DNA of 64,000 nt. Origin: Leptolyngbyaceae cyanobacterium (GTDB lineage: Bacteria > Cyanobacteriota > Cyanobacteriia > Phormidesmidales > Phormidesmidaceae). How positions within the stretch are numbered: position 1 is the stretch's first letter; each line of letters opens with the position of its first letter. Position numbers and translations under genes: made by a program. The notes under the pieces were generated by a model that was given only the letters and a program-made list of their open reading frames with translations, had not been told where the DNA came from and ran no database searches. The DNA lies in assembly GCA_965263355.1 (NCBI GenBank), contig CBDHHL010000056.1:1440001-1504000 (forward strand), read 5' to 3'. Shown piece after piece: positions 1 to 10,732 of this stretch.

Positions 1-305
1 ATCACCCACTTACCTTCTTCTGTGCCTTCTGTTCGTAGCGGAGAACGGCCATGGTCGGTCTCGATAGTGGTTTCAATGGAACGAGCAATCGCTCGAACCT
101 GAACATTAGTAAATCCGGTGGCAATTACAAAATAATCGGCAAGATAGGATGCGTCACCCACCTGAAGGATTGTAATGTCCTCTGCTTTGCGGTCATCGGC
201 AGCATTGGCAATGGCCATTGCCAGTTCTAATGCTTTTTCGTCTGTCTGACCGGCTGCGATCGCATCTACAGTCCCTAATGTGTCTAATTTAAGTGCCTCA
301 GTCAA
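1..305 (-). CDS. rsfS: Ribosome silencing factor RsfS (Iojap), runs off window start
   Basis: Manual minus-strand translation from TTG at 305 (AGGGAG-like RBS upstream): ...AIANAADDRKAEDITILQVGDASYLADYFVIATGFTNVQVRAIARSIE...LRTEGTEEGKWV, the RsfS signature. Confidence 0.9.
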   Translation of the reverse strand, partial: MTEALKLDTLGTVDAIAAGQTDEKALELAMAIANAADDRKAEDITILQVGDASYLADYFVIATGFTNVQVRAIARSIETTIETDHGRSPLRTEGTEEGKWV

Positions 306-505
306 CGATATAAATCTCCCTCAAACTTGAGTCTGGATATCTACACGGTAATGCAAATTTTTTGAAGCAGAGCATATAAAAAATATCTATCTTTGTAGTG
401 TAAAGAGGTGTAATAAATTACCAGCATCACCTGATGTTAAATTTTGCCATCATGGGGGATAATCCAGCTGATCTTGGATGTGAACATAATTGAGGCAATG
501 CTGCT

Positions 506-1408
506 ATGGCAACACAGGCAGGGATAGGTGTGTTAATTGGATTAGGCATTGGCTCAGGTTTGACCGCCTTCTTTATGCAACGTATTATTCGCCGCCAGGA
601 CAATGCTTTGCAACAGTCCCTTAACCGATTGAGCCGCATACAGGAAGACCATGCGCAAGATTTAAATGCAGCCTTGGAAAAAATGACCGCTGACTATGAA
701 CAGCAATTAGCGGCCAAAATTGAGCGTTATCAAGACAACCATGAAGAACAACTCAATGAACTAGAGGCTGAATACGAGGCTCGCATAGCTGCCTTAACCA
801 ACCTCGACCTCCAGCAAGCACCTGACACGTTAACGGAAACAAACTCCTCAATCCCGGTAGCCTCTCCCGAAGTAGATTCAGATGCAGCAAACAGTTTCAC
901 CCCGATCCCCGATCCTTGGACAGACCATAGCAATGCCCCAGTAGTCGTTTCTGAGCCTGAGACTCCAGTAGCCCCCACAGCTGCTGTACCAGAGTCTGAA
1001 CCTGAGTCCTCAACCACTACTACTCCCACAGCTACACCAGAGACCAAGGCTGCTACGTCCAAGCCCATTGCGGCTATCCCATCTAAATCCGTGATCTCCA
1101 GCCCTACTGAACTAACTCAGAAAGCTACAGATCTAGGGAAAGCCGCCGCTATAAATCGTAAAGACGCCATTCGCGCTGTCCCCCAACTGGGCAAGCTCGT
1201 TAAAGATAATGATGCAGATGTTCGCTTGGCTGCGGTTACTGCCCTGCATGAATGTGGCTCCATTAAGGCAATCCCTTTTTTGAGAAAAGCCCTCAGAGAC
1301 CCTGACAATCGCATTGTGGCAGCTGCAAACATGGCCCTTAGCCGGTTTAAAGGCAATAAAAAACCATCACCAAAAGCTAAAAAACGTCAGCAGAAACGTC
1401 TTCGCTAG
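506..1408 (+). CDS. Membrane-anchored HEAT-repeat protein
   Basis: N-terminal TM helix, coiled coil, P/T/E-rich linker, C-terminal HEAT repeats (DVRLAAVTAL...AIPFLRKALRDPD). Confidence 0.75.
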   Translation: MATQAGIGVLIGLGIGSGLTAFFMQRIIRRQDNALQQSLNRLSRIQEDHAQDLNAALEKMTADYEQQLAAKIERYQDNHEEQLNELEAEYEARIAALTNLDLQQAPDTLTETNSSIPVASPEVDSDAANSFTPIPDPWTDHSNAPVVVSEPETPVAPTAAVPESEPESSTTTTPTATPETKAATSKPIAAIPSKSVISSPTELTQKATDLGKAAAINRKDAIRAVPQLGKLVKDNDADVRLAAVTALHECGSIKAIPFLRKALRDPDNRIVAAANMALSRFKGNKKPSPKAKKRQQKRLR

Positions 1409-1616
1409 GACAGATGGGTTTCCTCTACGACAAAACTACAGTTCTGGACGTGGGCAGTATTTACCGGCTCAGCTTGAGCCAAGCTACGCTTACTGCCATG
1501 ATAGGCAAAGGTTTTTAAGCCTTACCCACGTCAGGCACAATTAATTTACCGTAGAAACCTCTACAGGTCATGCCTTGTAAGTGGTTGAACCCGCTCTGCT
1601 ATTTGAGGATATCCGA

Positions 1617-2036
1617 ATGACTAAAGCAATCATGGAAACCGACAAGGGGACCATCAGCATTGATTTTTTTGATAGTGATGCGCCTAATACGGTCGCAAAC
1701 TTTGTCAAACTTTCTCAGGATGGGTTCTACAACGGTCTTAACTTTCACCGTGTAATTCCTGATTTTGTCATTCAGGGCGGCTGTCCTAATGGCACCGGGA
1801 CTGGTGGCCCTGGCTACAAAATCAAATGTGAAATTAATCCCAACAAACACGAAGCCGGTAGCCTATCCATGGCCCATGCTGGTCGCGATACAGGGGGCAG
1901 TCAGTTCTTTATTTGCCACTCCCCCCAACCTCACCTTGATGGCTTACATACTGTGTTTGGCAAAACATCCGACATGGAAGTCGTTAATGCCATTGAGGCA
2001 GGCGATAAGATCTTATCGGTGACAATTCAAGAGTAG
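1617..2036 (+). CDS. Cyclophilin-type peptidyl-prolyl cis-trans isomerase
   Basis: [41 protein letters not shown] motifs; ATG at 1617 follows GAGG. Confidence 0.95.
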   Translation: MTKAIMETDKGTISIDFFDSDAPNTVANFVKLSQDGFYNGLNFHRVIPDFVIQGGCPNGTGTGGPGYKIKCEINPNKHEAGSLSMAHAGRDTGGSQFFICHSPQPHLDGLHTVFGKTSDMEVVNAIEAGDKILSVTIQE

Positions 2037-2247
2037 CTACAGCCTGAGTATGGAGACTACTGCCAAATAGGTAGTTACACACCATTATTTGACCTTAAAA
2101 TTACTATGGTGTTGTTACTCCCAGCATAAAGCTACAGCTGTTGTGATGTATCAGGAGTCAGCATTCAGAATCTCACTAAACTCAGTTGAGTTGCTGCTGA
2201 AGCCTTGACTCCTGACATCTGATTTTTATTTAATACGGCGTATTTCT

Positions 2248-2622
2248 ATGGCGAATATTACAGAATCACTCAATGGTGCATTAAGGATTGACGGAGCTAT
2301 TGGAGTTGCTGTTGGCGATTGGAAAACTGGGTTTTCCCTGGGGCAGGCATCTGCTAGTAATGTGTTCCCAGATACAAAACTAGAGGTTGCAATTGCTCTG
2401 AACTCCGAAGTTATAAAGGCAAAAAATAGAGCTGTAGAAGGGTTAGGTCTGAAAGCAAATATTGAAGATATTCTCATAACGTTAGAGAATCAATATCATT
2501 TGCTCCGACTCTGTCAAACCATACCGGGTGTTTTTTTCTATCTAGTTATGGATCGCGAAAAGGCTAATTTAGGTCTTGCTCGTATCAAGCTACGCTCTCT
2601 TGAAGAGTCAATTCAAATTTAG
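2248..2622 (+). CDS. Roadblock/LC7-like small protein
   Basis: IDGAIGVAVGD...IEDILITLENQYHLLR...ANLGLAR pattern resembles bacterial roadblock-fold proteins. Confidence 0.6.
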   Translation: MANITESLNGALRIDGAIGVAVGDWKTGFSLGQASASNVFPDTKLEVAIALNSEVIKAKNRAVEGLGLKANIEDILITLENQYHLLRLCQTIPGVFFYLVMDREKANLGLARIKLRSLEESIQI

Positions 2623-2746
2623 TGTTCTTCTGTATTGATTTACGCATTTTTAAGAGCATCAATGCTGCTGATAATGTCTTTCGTTACCATCCAGGCATAC
2701 AACAGCCATGTAAAAAATTCTATTGAACTAAGCGGTTTGGACGCTA

Positions 2747-4798
2747 TCAACCAGCCTCATCTAGCAGCTCCAACAGTTGAGATTCATTGAGTTGTGGCGT
2801 ATTGTACTTCTCCGCTTTTTTAAGCTTACTACCTGGATTTTTTCCCACAACAATATAATCAGTTTTTCCACTGGGCATTTTGTTAATCCGCCCGCCTGCA
2901 TCGGTAATGCGCTGGGTTATTTGTTCATAGGTAAGTGCTTGGAGAGTTCCTGTAAGCACAAAGCTTTTCCCCGTTATTTTTGTAGTAATCATAGGTGTTG
3001 CCGATTCAGCTAAAGGCACATCAGGCGTTTGAGGTGGTTCAGCTTGCTTGACGTCCAAGGCTTCTTGCATGGCCACTTGCTTTTTTGTTGACGCCTTGAG
3101 CTGAGTAGCCTGGGTTGCTATGGTTTCCTGAGCTGTCTGCAATTGCTGTGTTAATTCAGCATTCAGGGTGGTCAACTCCTCGATCTGTCGATTCAATTGC
3201 GGTGTCTGCTGAGCCGTTTGTTGAACTAACTGCTGATGCGTCTGGGTTAGTTCTTCTAGCTGGTGGCGTAATCCTGTTTCCCGCTCAAAAGAGACTTGGG
3301 CCTCTAGCAACGACGTTTGCACTTGGGCTAGCTCGGCCTCCAACATGGAAACCTGGGCTTGAGTTTGAACCAATTGGGTCTGACTTTCAGTTATTGCCCG
3401 TTGTTGCTGGTCACGTTCTTGTATAAGGCTTTTAATCTCAGCTTGTGCATTTTGGACGGCCTGTTCTTGCTGCTGTGTCACTGTCTGCTGCTGGTCATGC
3501 TGTTGCTCTAGCTGCTGGGTAAGCTGAGCAATGGTCGTCTGAGACTGAGTGACTTCTGTCTGGGCCGTTTCCCGAGCGTGTTCTAACTGCCGAGTGAGCT
3601 GAGTGATGGTTGATTGGGCCTGGGTTAACTCTGTCTGAGAGAATGCTCGAGTTTGTTCCAATTCCTGATGGAGCTGGGCAATTGTGGATTGAACCTGAGT
3701 ATCATCTGTTTGAGCAACGGCAAGGGATTGCTCTAACTGTTGTTTAGTTTGTTCTAGAGTCGTAATAGTTTGGGTTAACTGACGTTTGTCGGTCTCTAAA
3801 TCGTTACATTGCTGCTGCAACGTTGTGGTTTGGGTTTGCAATTGGTTCAGCTGTGAACTAACCTGCTCTAACTGTTGAGTGAGCTGAGTGATGGTTGCTT
3901 CTGTCTGATTGATTTTTACCTGAGACGCTTCTCGGGCTTGTGCCAGTTGCTGATTAAGTTGAGTAATCGTTGACTGTGCCTGGGTGGCTTCTGTTTGGGA
4001 GATTTCTCGGGCCTGCGCCAGTTGTTGGGTTAGCTGAGCAATGGTTGCTTGCGCCTCTGTCTTCTCTGTATGAGAGATTTCTCGGGCTTGCGCCAGTTGC
4101 TGATTAAGTTGAGTAATCGTTGTCTGCGCCTGGGTAGTTTCTGCTTGAGCAGTTGCGAAGGCTTGCTCTAGTTGTTGTTTACTGTGCTCTAACGTTGTTA
4201 CCGTTTGGCCTAGCTGATTGTTTTCAGTTTCTACAGTCTCAAGCTGTTGCTGCAACGTTGTGACTTGGGCCTGTAATTGGCCTAGCTGTGCTTCAAACTG
4301 AGCGTGTTGCGTCTGGGTCTCTTGCTGGAGCTGATTTAACTGTTGCTCCGTTTTCTCTAGATTGCTAAGACGCTGCTGGGCTGCTTTTAATGAGTTTTCT
4401 AATTCACTGGTGCGTTTGTGTTCTTCTGTCCAGTCTTGCTCCAGTTTCTGCTTTTCTGTTGTCAGGTTCGTTACTTGGCTCTCTAGTTGAGTTACTTTAA
4501 CCTTAACCGCAGTGGAGGCGTTGGCAATGCGATCGCGTTCTACCGTGAGCGCACTCACCTGCTGTTCCAGCCCCATAACCGCATCCTTTGCTAAGGCCAT
4601 AGCCTCAGTCAAAGTTTGAGTTTGCGTCTTTGTCTGAGTTACCTGCTGAGTCAGTTTGATGTTAGTCGACTCCAACTTAGACAGCTCAGTCGCTTGCTGA
4701 GCCCGCTGTTTCCCCTGAATGCTGGCCATTACTGCACCCACTAAGACAGCTGTACCGACACCAGTACCTGCCAGTTCTGAAATTAGGGTGTAGTCCAT
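2747..4798 (-). CDS. TM-anchored long coiled-coil protein with C-terminal BRCT domain
   Basis: Hydrophobic N-terminus; Q/T-rich heptads with ~25-aa repeats; C-terminal GKSFVLTGTL...GG...SGKTDYIVVGKNPGSKLKKA is a LigA-type BRCT. Confidence 0.8.
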   Translation of the reverse strand: MDYTLISELAGTGVGTAVLVGAVMASIQGKQRAQQATELSKLESTNIKLTQQVTQTKTQTQTLTEAMALAKDAVMGLEQQVSALTVERDRIANASTAVKVKVTQLESQVTNLTTEKQKLEQDWTEEHKRTSELENSLKAAQQRLSNLEKTEQQLNQLQQETQTQHAQFEAQLGQLQAQVTTLQQQLETVETENNQLGQTVTTLEHSKQQLEQAFATAQAETTQAQTTITQLNQQLAQAREISHTEKTEAQATIAQLTQQLAQAREISQTEATQAQSTITQLNQQLAQAREASQVKINQTEATITQLTQQLEQVSSQLNQLQTQTTTLQQQCNDLETDKRQLTQTITTLEQTKQQLEQSLAVAQTDDTQVQSTIAQLHQELEQTRAFSQTELTQAQSTITQLTRQLEHARETAQTEVTQSQTTIAQLTQQLEQQHDQQQTVTQQQEQAVQNAQAEIKSLIQERDQQQRAITESQTQLVQTQAQVSMLEAELAQVQTSLLEAQVSFERETGLRHQLEELTQTHQQLVQQTAQQTPQLNRQIEELTTLNAELTQQLQTAQETIATQATQLKASTKKQVAMQEALDVKQAEPPQTPDVPLAESATPMITTKITGKSFVLTGTLQALTYEQITQRITDAGGRINKMPSGKTDYIVVGKNPGSKLKKAEKYNTPQLNESQLLELLDEAG

Positions 4799-5171
4799 GG
4801 CTTACAAGCTCTCCACTAGATAACAAGGCTTCTATGGTAAACAGCGATGGGGTTAACCCCGCTGATTAGCAATAATGTTTTAGAAATTCTGACGTCTGAC
4901 CATTGTACTTAACTCAATTTCATCCACTAAGCAGCAAGGTTCGATAGGCTGAAACACCTACCTACATTACGTTTTAAGCTAAAATTTTTTAGAATACCCA
5001 GACAAGTACTAACAATCAGACAAAATACTAGGCATTAGGGATATCGATAGTACATTTGCTTTAAGTCCTAGTCAGTTTAATCAGTTTAAGAAGTGCCTTC
5101 CTGAACAAAGCTATCTGCACATGAAGAATAATGGACTCAACCAAAACTTTCTCAACCTCTCACGCTCCAAA

Positions 5172-5507
5172 ATGTCAATTACTTCAATCGCTAGTTAGAT
5201 TTTACTGTGAACATTCATAAGTGTAACGGCCTTAGTGACCTTAACGGCCTGTAACTCCAACTTAGATGATCCGTTCGGAGTAAAAGCGCGCCGTGCTGAA
5301 GCGCGTCGTGCCGAGTACCAACAGGTCTACGAGATTACAAGAGCTAACTACGAGCAATCTAGCGCTGTTTACGATCAAGAAATCTTCTTCACTGATATGA
5401 AGCCGACACAAGCAGGCTACCTTAAACAGGCTAAAATCGATCTCGACACAGCGAGTTCTTTGGAAGCTCTACAGTTGGGCAATAAAGAGCTAAATCCACA
5501 TAATTGA
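5172..5507 (+). pseudogene. Possible degraded lipoprotein gene
   Basis: ORF 5235-5507 has lipobox LTAC; the in-frame ATG at 5172 is separated from it by TAG and TGA stops. Confidence 0.3.
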
Positions 5508-5522
5508 TAATATTGATAATAC

Positions 5523-7424
5523 TTAACGGTCTTCTAAGAGGATTAATCGCAAAGGATCCAAATAAACTGTCCAGGGTAACGGTTGGTATTTTAGAGCAGA
5601 CCACTGGTCTTTAAATACCTCTGCTTGTAGATGATAGTCCCGCTCGTTGATAGGTGGCAGATGAAGTTTTAGATATAGGGTCATGCGGTGGGGTGTTTCA
5701 CTGTTGGCAGCCAGCCAGCAGTGAAACGTGTTAGCAGCAGCAGGAGAAGATGATAGATCCTGCGTCTGTTCTTGATTTAGGGTCGACCCCAAAATATTAA
5801 TATGGTGAGCGCGAATGCCAATTTGAGTGAGATTGAGTGGCAGCGGCTCAACTGTTTGGAGAATACACTGCCAGTGACGGACTTCAACCTGATGAGTGCC
5901 ATAGACCAAGGCAGGAGAAAGATTTTTACAACCGGTTAATTGAGCAACACTAACCTTACGAGGCTGCTCAAAAATATGGTGTTTGGGACCATGGGCAATG
6001 GCATTTCCCTCGTTTAATACCAGCAGCTGATGACAGACTCGATAGGCTTCTTCTAAATTGTGGGTGACCAATAAGGTAATGCCTTGATAGCTTTGCAGGC
6101 GGTCGATAAGCTGACGTTCAATCTGATCACGCAGGTGGGTATCAAGGGCCGAAAACGGTTCATCCAACAGTAACACTTCCGGCTGACTGGCTAATGCTCG
6201 CGCTAGGGCTACCCGCTGCTGCTGGCCACCAGATAGCTCATGGGGATAGCGATCGGCTAAATCTTCAAGACGAACTGCCGCTAGCTGCTGGATGACAATT
6301 GTCTGAATCTGGTCTGACGATAGCTTTTGAGATAGTCCAAAAGCGACATTTTGGGCAATAGTAAGATGGGGAAATAGGGCATAGTTTTGAAAGAGAATGC
6401 CAATTTTGCGATCGCAAATCGGCACGTTAATTCCAGCGTCTGAATCAAATAATACCCGACCATTGAGCACAATCTTGCCAGCATCAGGGGTTTCAATCCC
6501 TGCCAGACAGCGCAAAATCAAACTTTTACCAGCTCCAGAGGCCCCCAATAATCCCAGGGGTTGATCGTCCGTAGAAAATGAAACATCCAGCGTAAAGTTT
6601 GATAGGTGTTTTGTGAGCTTAACAGAAAGAGAAGGGCAGAAGGAGAGAGGGGGAGAATACCCTTTAATCGTTACCGCCTCAGCTGTTTCTACGACGCCTT
6701 CCGTGGTTGTTCTCTTTGCTGCCTCTTTGCTGTTTAATTTCCATCCATTCCCTCTTTTTCTAATTCGTTTACTGTGCCGTGGCTGCCACCGATTGACCCA
6801 TAGAAGTCCGCCCAGGGCAACGGCTAGAATTACGCCGGTCCAAATAGCAGCCTCTCTAAAGTCTCCTCCCTCAACGGCGAAATAAATGGCCATGGGCAGG
6901 GTCTGGGTACGTCCTGGAATATTGCCGGCCAACATGAGGGTAGCCCCAAACTCTCCTAAAGCACGGGCAAAAGCCAAAGTAGCCCCGGCGATTAGACCGG
7001 GCAGGGCCAGGGGTAAGGTAATGCGCCAAAATACCGTAAGTTCGGAAGCTCCCAGGGTGCGTGCGGCTTGCTGTAGATTTCTGTCAATTTGTTCAAATGT
7101 GCCTAATGTTGTTTTGTACATCAGCGGCAGAGCCACCACAGTTGCTGTGAGTACCGCTGCATACCATGTAAAGACTAGATTAATACCAAAGTTAGCAAAT
7201 ACAATGCCAAGCGGACCATTTTTTCCCAGCAGGATTAGCAATAAAAAACCCAAGACCGTTGGCGGTAATACCATGGGAGCAAGTAAAAGGCTATCTAATA
7301 AAGCCCGTCCCCGTCCCCGATAGTGATACATAACGTGGGCAGCCGCAATGCCCATAAAAAAGGTGACGATGGTGGCAATCGTCGCAATACGTAAGGAGAT
7401 CCAAAGGGGGGAGAAATCGAGCAT
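5523..7424 (-). CDS. modB: Molybdate ABC transporter permease-ATPase fusion ModBC
   Basis: ModB motifs LPPTVLG and FARALGEFGAT; ABC motifs GASGAGKS, LSGGQQQR, LLLDEP. Confidence 0.93.
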   Translation of the reverse strand: MLDFSPLWISLRIATIATIVTFFMGIAAAHVMYHYRGRGRALLDSLLLAPMVLPPTVLGFLLLILLGKNGPLGIVFANFGINLVFTWYAAVLTATVVALPLMYKTTLGTFEQIDRNLQQAARTLGASELTVFWRITLPLALPGLIAGATLAFARALGEFGATLMLAGNIPGRTQTLPMAIYFAVEGGDFREAAIWTGVILAVALGGLLWVNRWQPRHSKRIRKRGNGWKLNSKEAAKRTTTEGVVETAEAVTIKGYSPPLSFCPSLSVKLTKHLSNFTLDVSFSTDDQPLGLLGASGAGKSLILRCLAGIETPDAGKIVLNGRVLFDSDAGINVPICDRKIGILFQNYALFPHLTIAQNVAFGLSQKLSSDQIQTIVIQQLAAVRLEDLADRYPHELSGGQQQRVALARALASQPEVLLLDEPFSALDTHLRDQIERQLIDRLQSYQGITLLVTHNLEEAYRVCHQLLVLNEGNAIAHGPKHHIFEQPRKVSVAQLTGCKNLSPALVYGTHQVEVRHWQCILQTVEPLPLNLTQIGIRAHHINILGSTLNQEQTQDLSSSPAAANTFHCWLAANSETPHRMTLYLKLHLPPINERDYHLQAEVFKDQWSALKYQPLPWTVYLDPLRLILLEDR

Positions 7425-7475
7425 GGGATTTCTGAGGAAAGAGAGAAGAAGAAGAAGAAGGAAGAGGACGCGATT

Positions 7476-8303
7476 TTATCTCCTAAATCCGAATTCTGCA
7501 AACACTGTCTGGGCAGACTCTGTTGTCAGGAAGTCAATAAAGGTTTTGGCTGCTTCAGGATAGTTAGTATTTTGTACGATGGCAATGGGATACACAATCG
7601 GCTGGTGCAAATTTTCCGGCACCGTGGCAAGAATCTTGACCCTTTTAGATAGAGTGGCATCAGTAGCATAGACAATACCAAGGTCAACATTCCCGCTGTC
7701 TACTGCGGTGAGGACGCTACGCACATTGTTGCCAAAGACAAACTTAGGCTGAAAGTTATCCAATAGCTCTAGATTTTGAAACACCTGCTCAGCATACTGC
7801 CCAGCCGGGACGCTGCGAAACTCTCCAACAGCAACTTTACTGATGCTGGCTGCCCGGAGCCGAGAAACATCGGTGATGGTTAAATCGGACGTGATCGGTG
7901 TAATTAAGACTAAACTGTTGGCTACCAGCTCCTGACGAGAACCAGATTGGATTAAACCTTTGTCCGACAGCGCATCCATTTGATTAGTGGCGGCAGCAAA
8001 GAAAATATCAACAGGTGCCCCCTGTTCAATCTGTCGCTGTAGTACCCCCGAAGATGCAAAGTTGTAGTCTACGATAATATCGGGATAAGCGGCTGTAAAT
8101 TGGGGTGCAATAGCATCCAATGCATCCTGTAGGCTAGCTGCAGCGGACACCGTAATTGTCACACCGTCACGGGTTTGGCTGTGCCTGGCTCCATGGCTGC
8201 CAGATCCAGGCAGCGTAGATAGCCCTGCAGTACTACAACCGACAACGGTTAACCAGGAGAATAGGCTAATAAAAACAAGGGTGAGATAGTTGCGACGTTG
8301 CAT
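7476..8303 (-). CDS. modA: Molybdate ABC transporter substrate-binding lipoprotein
   Basis: Lipobox VVGC, SAAASL, FASSG.L..QI.QGAP.D, VPAGQYA, GIVYATDA. Confidence 0.95.
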   Translation of the reverse strand: MQRRNYLTLVFISLFSWLTVVGCSTAGLSTLPGSGSHGARHSQTRDGVTITVSAAASLQDALDAIAPQFTAAYPDIIVDYNFASSGVLQRQIEQGAPVDIFFAAATNQMDALSDKGLIQSGSRQELVANSLVLITPITSDLTITDVSRLRAASISKVAVGEFRSVPAGQYAEQVFQNLELLDNFQPKFVFGNNVRSVLTAVDSGNVDLGIVYATDATLSKRVKILATVPENLHQPIVYPIAIVQNTNYPEAAKTFIDFLTTESAQTVFAEFGFRR

Positions 8304-8311
8304 GGCAGGTA

Positions 8312-8917
8312 TTATGTCTGCAGTTGGGGCTTTATCCCCAACTGATGGGCAAGTTCTCGAGCAATAAAGATCAGCAATCTGGCAGCGTCGTCTACCTGGC
8401 CGTCGGTATCATTCCAGATTGCTTCTGCCGTTGTTTCTCGATGAATTTGAGGATTGGCTGGATTTTCAAACTGTTGGGGCATGAAGGCATTGGGTAATTG
8501 ATTCGTAATCTCCTGGGCTTTTGCGATCGCGCCATTCATGCCCTGAGCCCCCGGTGTTAGCACCAGTTCCGCACCGTAGGCATTGAGTATTGCCCGACGC
8601 TCTAAGCTCATAGTATCCGGCATCGTGAGAATTAGCCGATAGCCTCTAGCCGCAGCCACCATAGCCAGAGCAATGCCAGTGTTACCAGAGGTGGGCTCCA
8701 CCAGAACAGTTTGCTCAGGAGCAATCTTTCCGGTCGCCTCAGCCGCACGGATCATGTTGGCCCCAATTCTGTCTTTGACTGAAGCAGCCGGATTCATACC
8801 TTCCAGTTTGAGAAGGATTTGAGCCATACAGCCCTCTACTTGAGGAATCCGATTTAGCTGTACCAACGGTGTTTGACCAATTAACTGAGTGACGCCTTTA
8901 GCTACTTTCATTAACAT
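8312..8917 (-). pseudogene. cysK: Truncated cysteine synthase A fused to an unrelated tail
   Basis: [10 protein letters not shown] and EPTSGNTG present, but homology stops at TDGQVD; the GTGGT PLP-phosphate loop and C-terminal third are missing. Confidence 0.85.
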
Positions 8918-9004
8918 TTCTCCTGTCAACTATATTAACTCCTTGATGGTATGTTCGGAGGGTTAATCAAACTGTTTACGGACAACAATATTATATAATG
9001 CCAG

Positions 9005-9140
9005 TCAGGTTGCTAGGGCTGGAAAGTCGGCTGCGAGAAATTCTAGCCAGTCAGCAATCCGTTGATCTGTTTTATCACTTTCATTGACCTCATCAAGGGG
9101 CAGGCCAACAAATTTCCATCTCGAATAGCCGTAGACTTTC
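9005..9140 (-). pseudogene. C-terminal remnant of a long-chain flavodoxin
   Basis: KSTAIRDG/KFVGLPLDEVNESDKTDQRIADWLEFL with a 1-nt frameshift matches the flavodoxin C-terminus; 5' part replaced by IS3 relic. Confidence 0.75.
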
Positions 9141-9370
9141 AGCGGCATTAGAATGGATGGTGGGTCGGCTAACGATGGAGTTAGCGGTGGCAAAAAAAAG
9201 CTTCAGACTTGTGGCATCTGAGCGGAAACGAACCACAAATAGTGTACATGGCTATAAGCGTTCTCCCAACCTAGTCAAAGGGCTGGTAGTTGAGCGTCCA
9301 GAGCAGGTGTGGGTCGGTGATATCACGTATATTCGATTGAAGGACGAATTTGTTTATTTAGCCGTGTTAA

Positions 9371-9468
9371 TGGATGTGTTTACCCGCAGTATTCGAGGCC
9401 AGAGCACTTGGATAGAACGATGGATGTGTTTACCCGCAGTATTCGAGGCCAGCACTTGGATAGAACGA
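9371..9468. repeat. ~50-bp tandem duplication within IS3 transposase
   Basis: TGGATGTGTTTACCCGCAGTATTCGAGGCCAG(AG)CACTTGGATAGAACGA at 9371-9420 and 9421-9468. Confidence 0.95.
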
Positions 9469-9606
9469 TAGAGAAACAGTTAACGATAACAGAGTTGAAG
9501 AAAGGCCTGAAGCGTTATATTCCAGAGATTCATCATTCAGACCAAGGTGCGCAATATGCAGCCAATGTGTATGTTCAGATATTGGAGGAGAATGAGATAG
9601 CGATTA

Positions 9607-9769
9607 AGTAGATGAGCACAATTAATTTCAAAATTCTGGAAGCCCCCTAAGCCCCCCAACCCTGGGGGACTTTGAGTTCCGAAGCCCCCAGGATTAGGGA
9701 TTGGGGGCCTTTTCAAAAGTGTCATCCTTGAAAAGTTCTTGTGTAAGTTATTTTGCCTACCTACCTACT
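9607..9769. mobile_element. MITE inserted into the IS3 transposase
   Basis: Flanked by TA/TA; imperfect TIRs AGTAGATGAGCACAATTAA and TTATTTTGCCTACCTACCTACT; removal restores ...ENEIAI-SMAGVGK... Confidence 0.85.
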
Positions 9770-10086
9770 TAGTATGGCGGGTGTAGGTAAAACTTATGAG
9801 AATGGCTACGCCGAACGTCTCATGAGAACAATTAAAGAAGAGGAGGTTGACTTATCGGACTATCGCAACTTCAATGAAGTGCATGAGAGAACAGAAGAGT
9901 TTTCAGACAAGGTATATATGAAGAAGAGAGTTCACTCTTCACTGGGCTATTTAACACCTAGTGAATTTGAAGAAAAGTGGAGGAAGAAACCCTGTAGCAT
10001 CTTAGATTGATACAGGTCAGTCTAGACTTGCTGTCAACTGATTTTACTGCCCAATATTAGGGGTTCACTTCACATGGACTGTAGTC

Positions 10087-10455
10087 CTACAAGCGCTCAT
10101 CCACTCGCATATCAAATGGCTCTTCTGATGATGATGGGGGATACACCCTAATTTTTGCCTGAGGACTAAACTGGGACAACCGTTCAGCAAAAGTTGTCAT
10201 ACGGTTTAGAATACGCCAGTTCTTTGACCGATCAGGAGAATAAATCACCAACGTCAGCACCTCGGAAATGTGGATACTCCACTCACACTCCACTAACAAA
10301 GATTGAGCCAGACCATCACAAGCTTCAAAAAAATATCGACTAATGGATATCTCCAACTGTCGTTTCAGCTCTAAATCTAGATCTGTTGTGGCTGATGGAG
10401 GTAAATCTTCGGGAGAATGTAAATCAGGCATAACCATTTCAAGTCTATATTGCAC
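10087..10455 (-). CDS. Hypothetical protein
   Basis: 122-aa ORF with globular composition; true start may be slightly downstream. Confidence 0.6.
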   Translation of the reverse strand: MQYRLEMVMPDLHSPEDLPPSATTDLDLELKRQLEISISRYFFEACDGLAQSLLVECEWSIHISEVLTLVIYSPDRSKNWRILNRMTTFAERLSQFSPQAKIRVYPPSSSEEPFDMRVDERL

Positions 10456-10718
10456 ACTCTCTATACTCTATTACCTGAGATCCACACCAAATATTCTGTA
10501 TCAGTCAACACTAAACCTAAAAAGAAAGGCTGATTCTACGTAACAAAATACAAACAAATACAGATTTTTTCTGTCGTAAATAACAGCACTGAAACAAGTT
10601 TAGAAAACCACGATATCACCTCACTAAGTTGTAATCTTGGCAACATAATCCCGGTTTTTATGGTTAATCCTGAACACAAGTTCGAATAAAACCTGAAGAA
10701 AAGATTAAATCATATCGA

Positions 10719-10732
10719 GTAACATAAAATAC
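10719..10732 (+). promoter_or_regulatory. Putative NtcA-binding site
   Basis: GTA-ACATAAAA-TAC matches GTA-N8-TAC, ~235 bp upstream of the cnfR/patB-like relic. Confidence 0.55.

Larger units (their letters stand above)
9142..10072 (+). mobile_element. Degenerate IS3-family insertion sequence
   Basis: orfA tail (MVGRLTMELAVAKK, A8 run); rve-type motifs VWVGDITYI, HHSDQGAQY, ENGYAERLMRTIKEE, RVHSSLGYLTP; probable right end ...GGGGTTCACTTCA at 10072. Confidence 0.88.

Noticed and set aside
7441..7468. GAA microsatellite between modA and modB as a phase-variation switch
   Set aside because: Intergenic and short; no evidence of function
9191..9202. A8 run as an active programmed frameshift
   Set aside because: Probably the ancestral IS3 slippery site, but the element is deleted and interrupted
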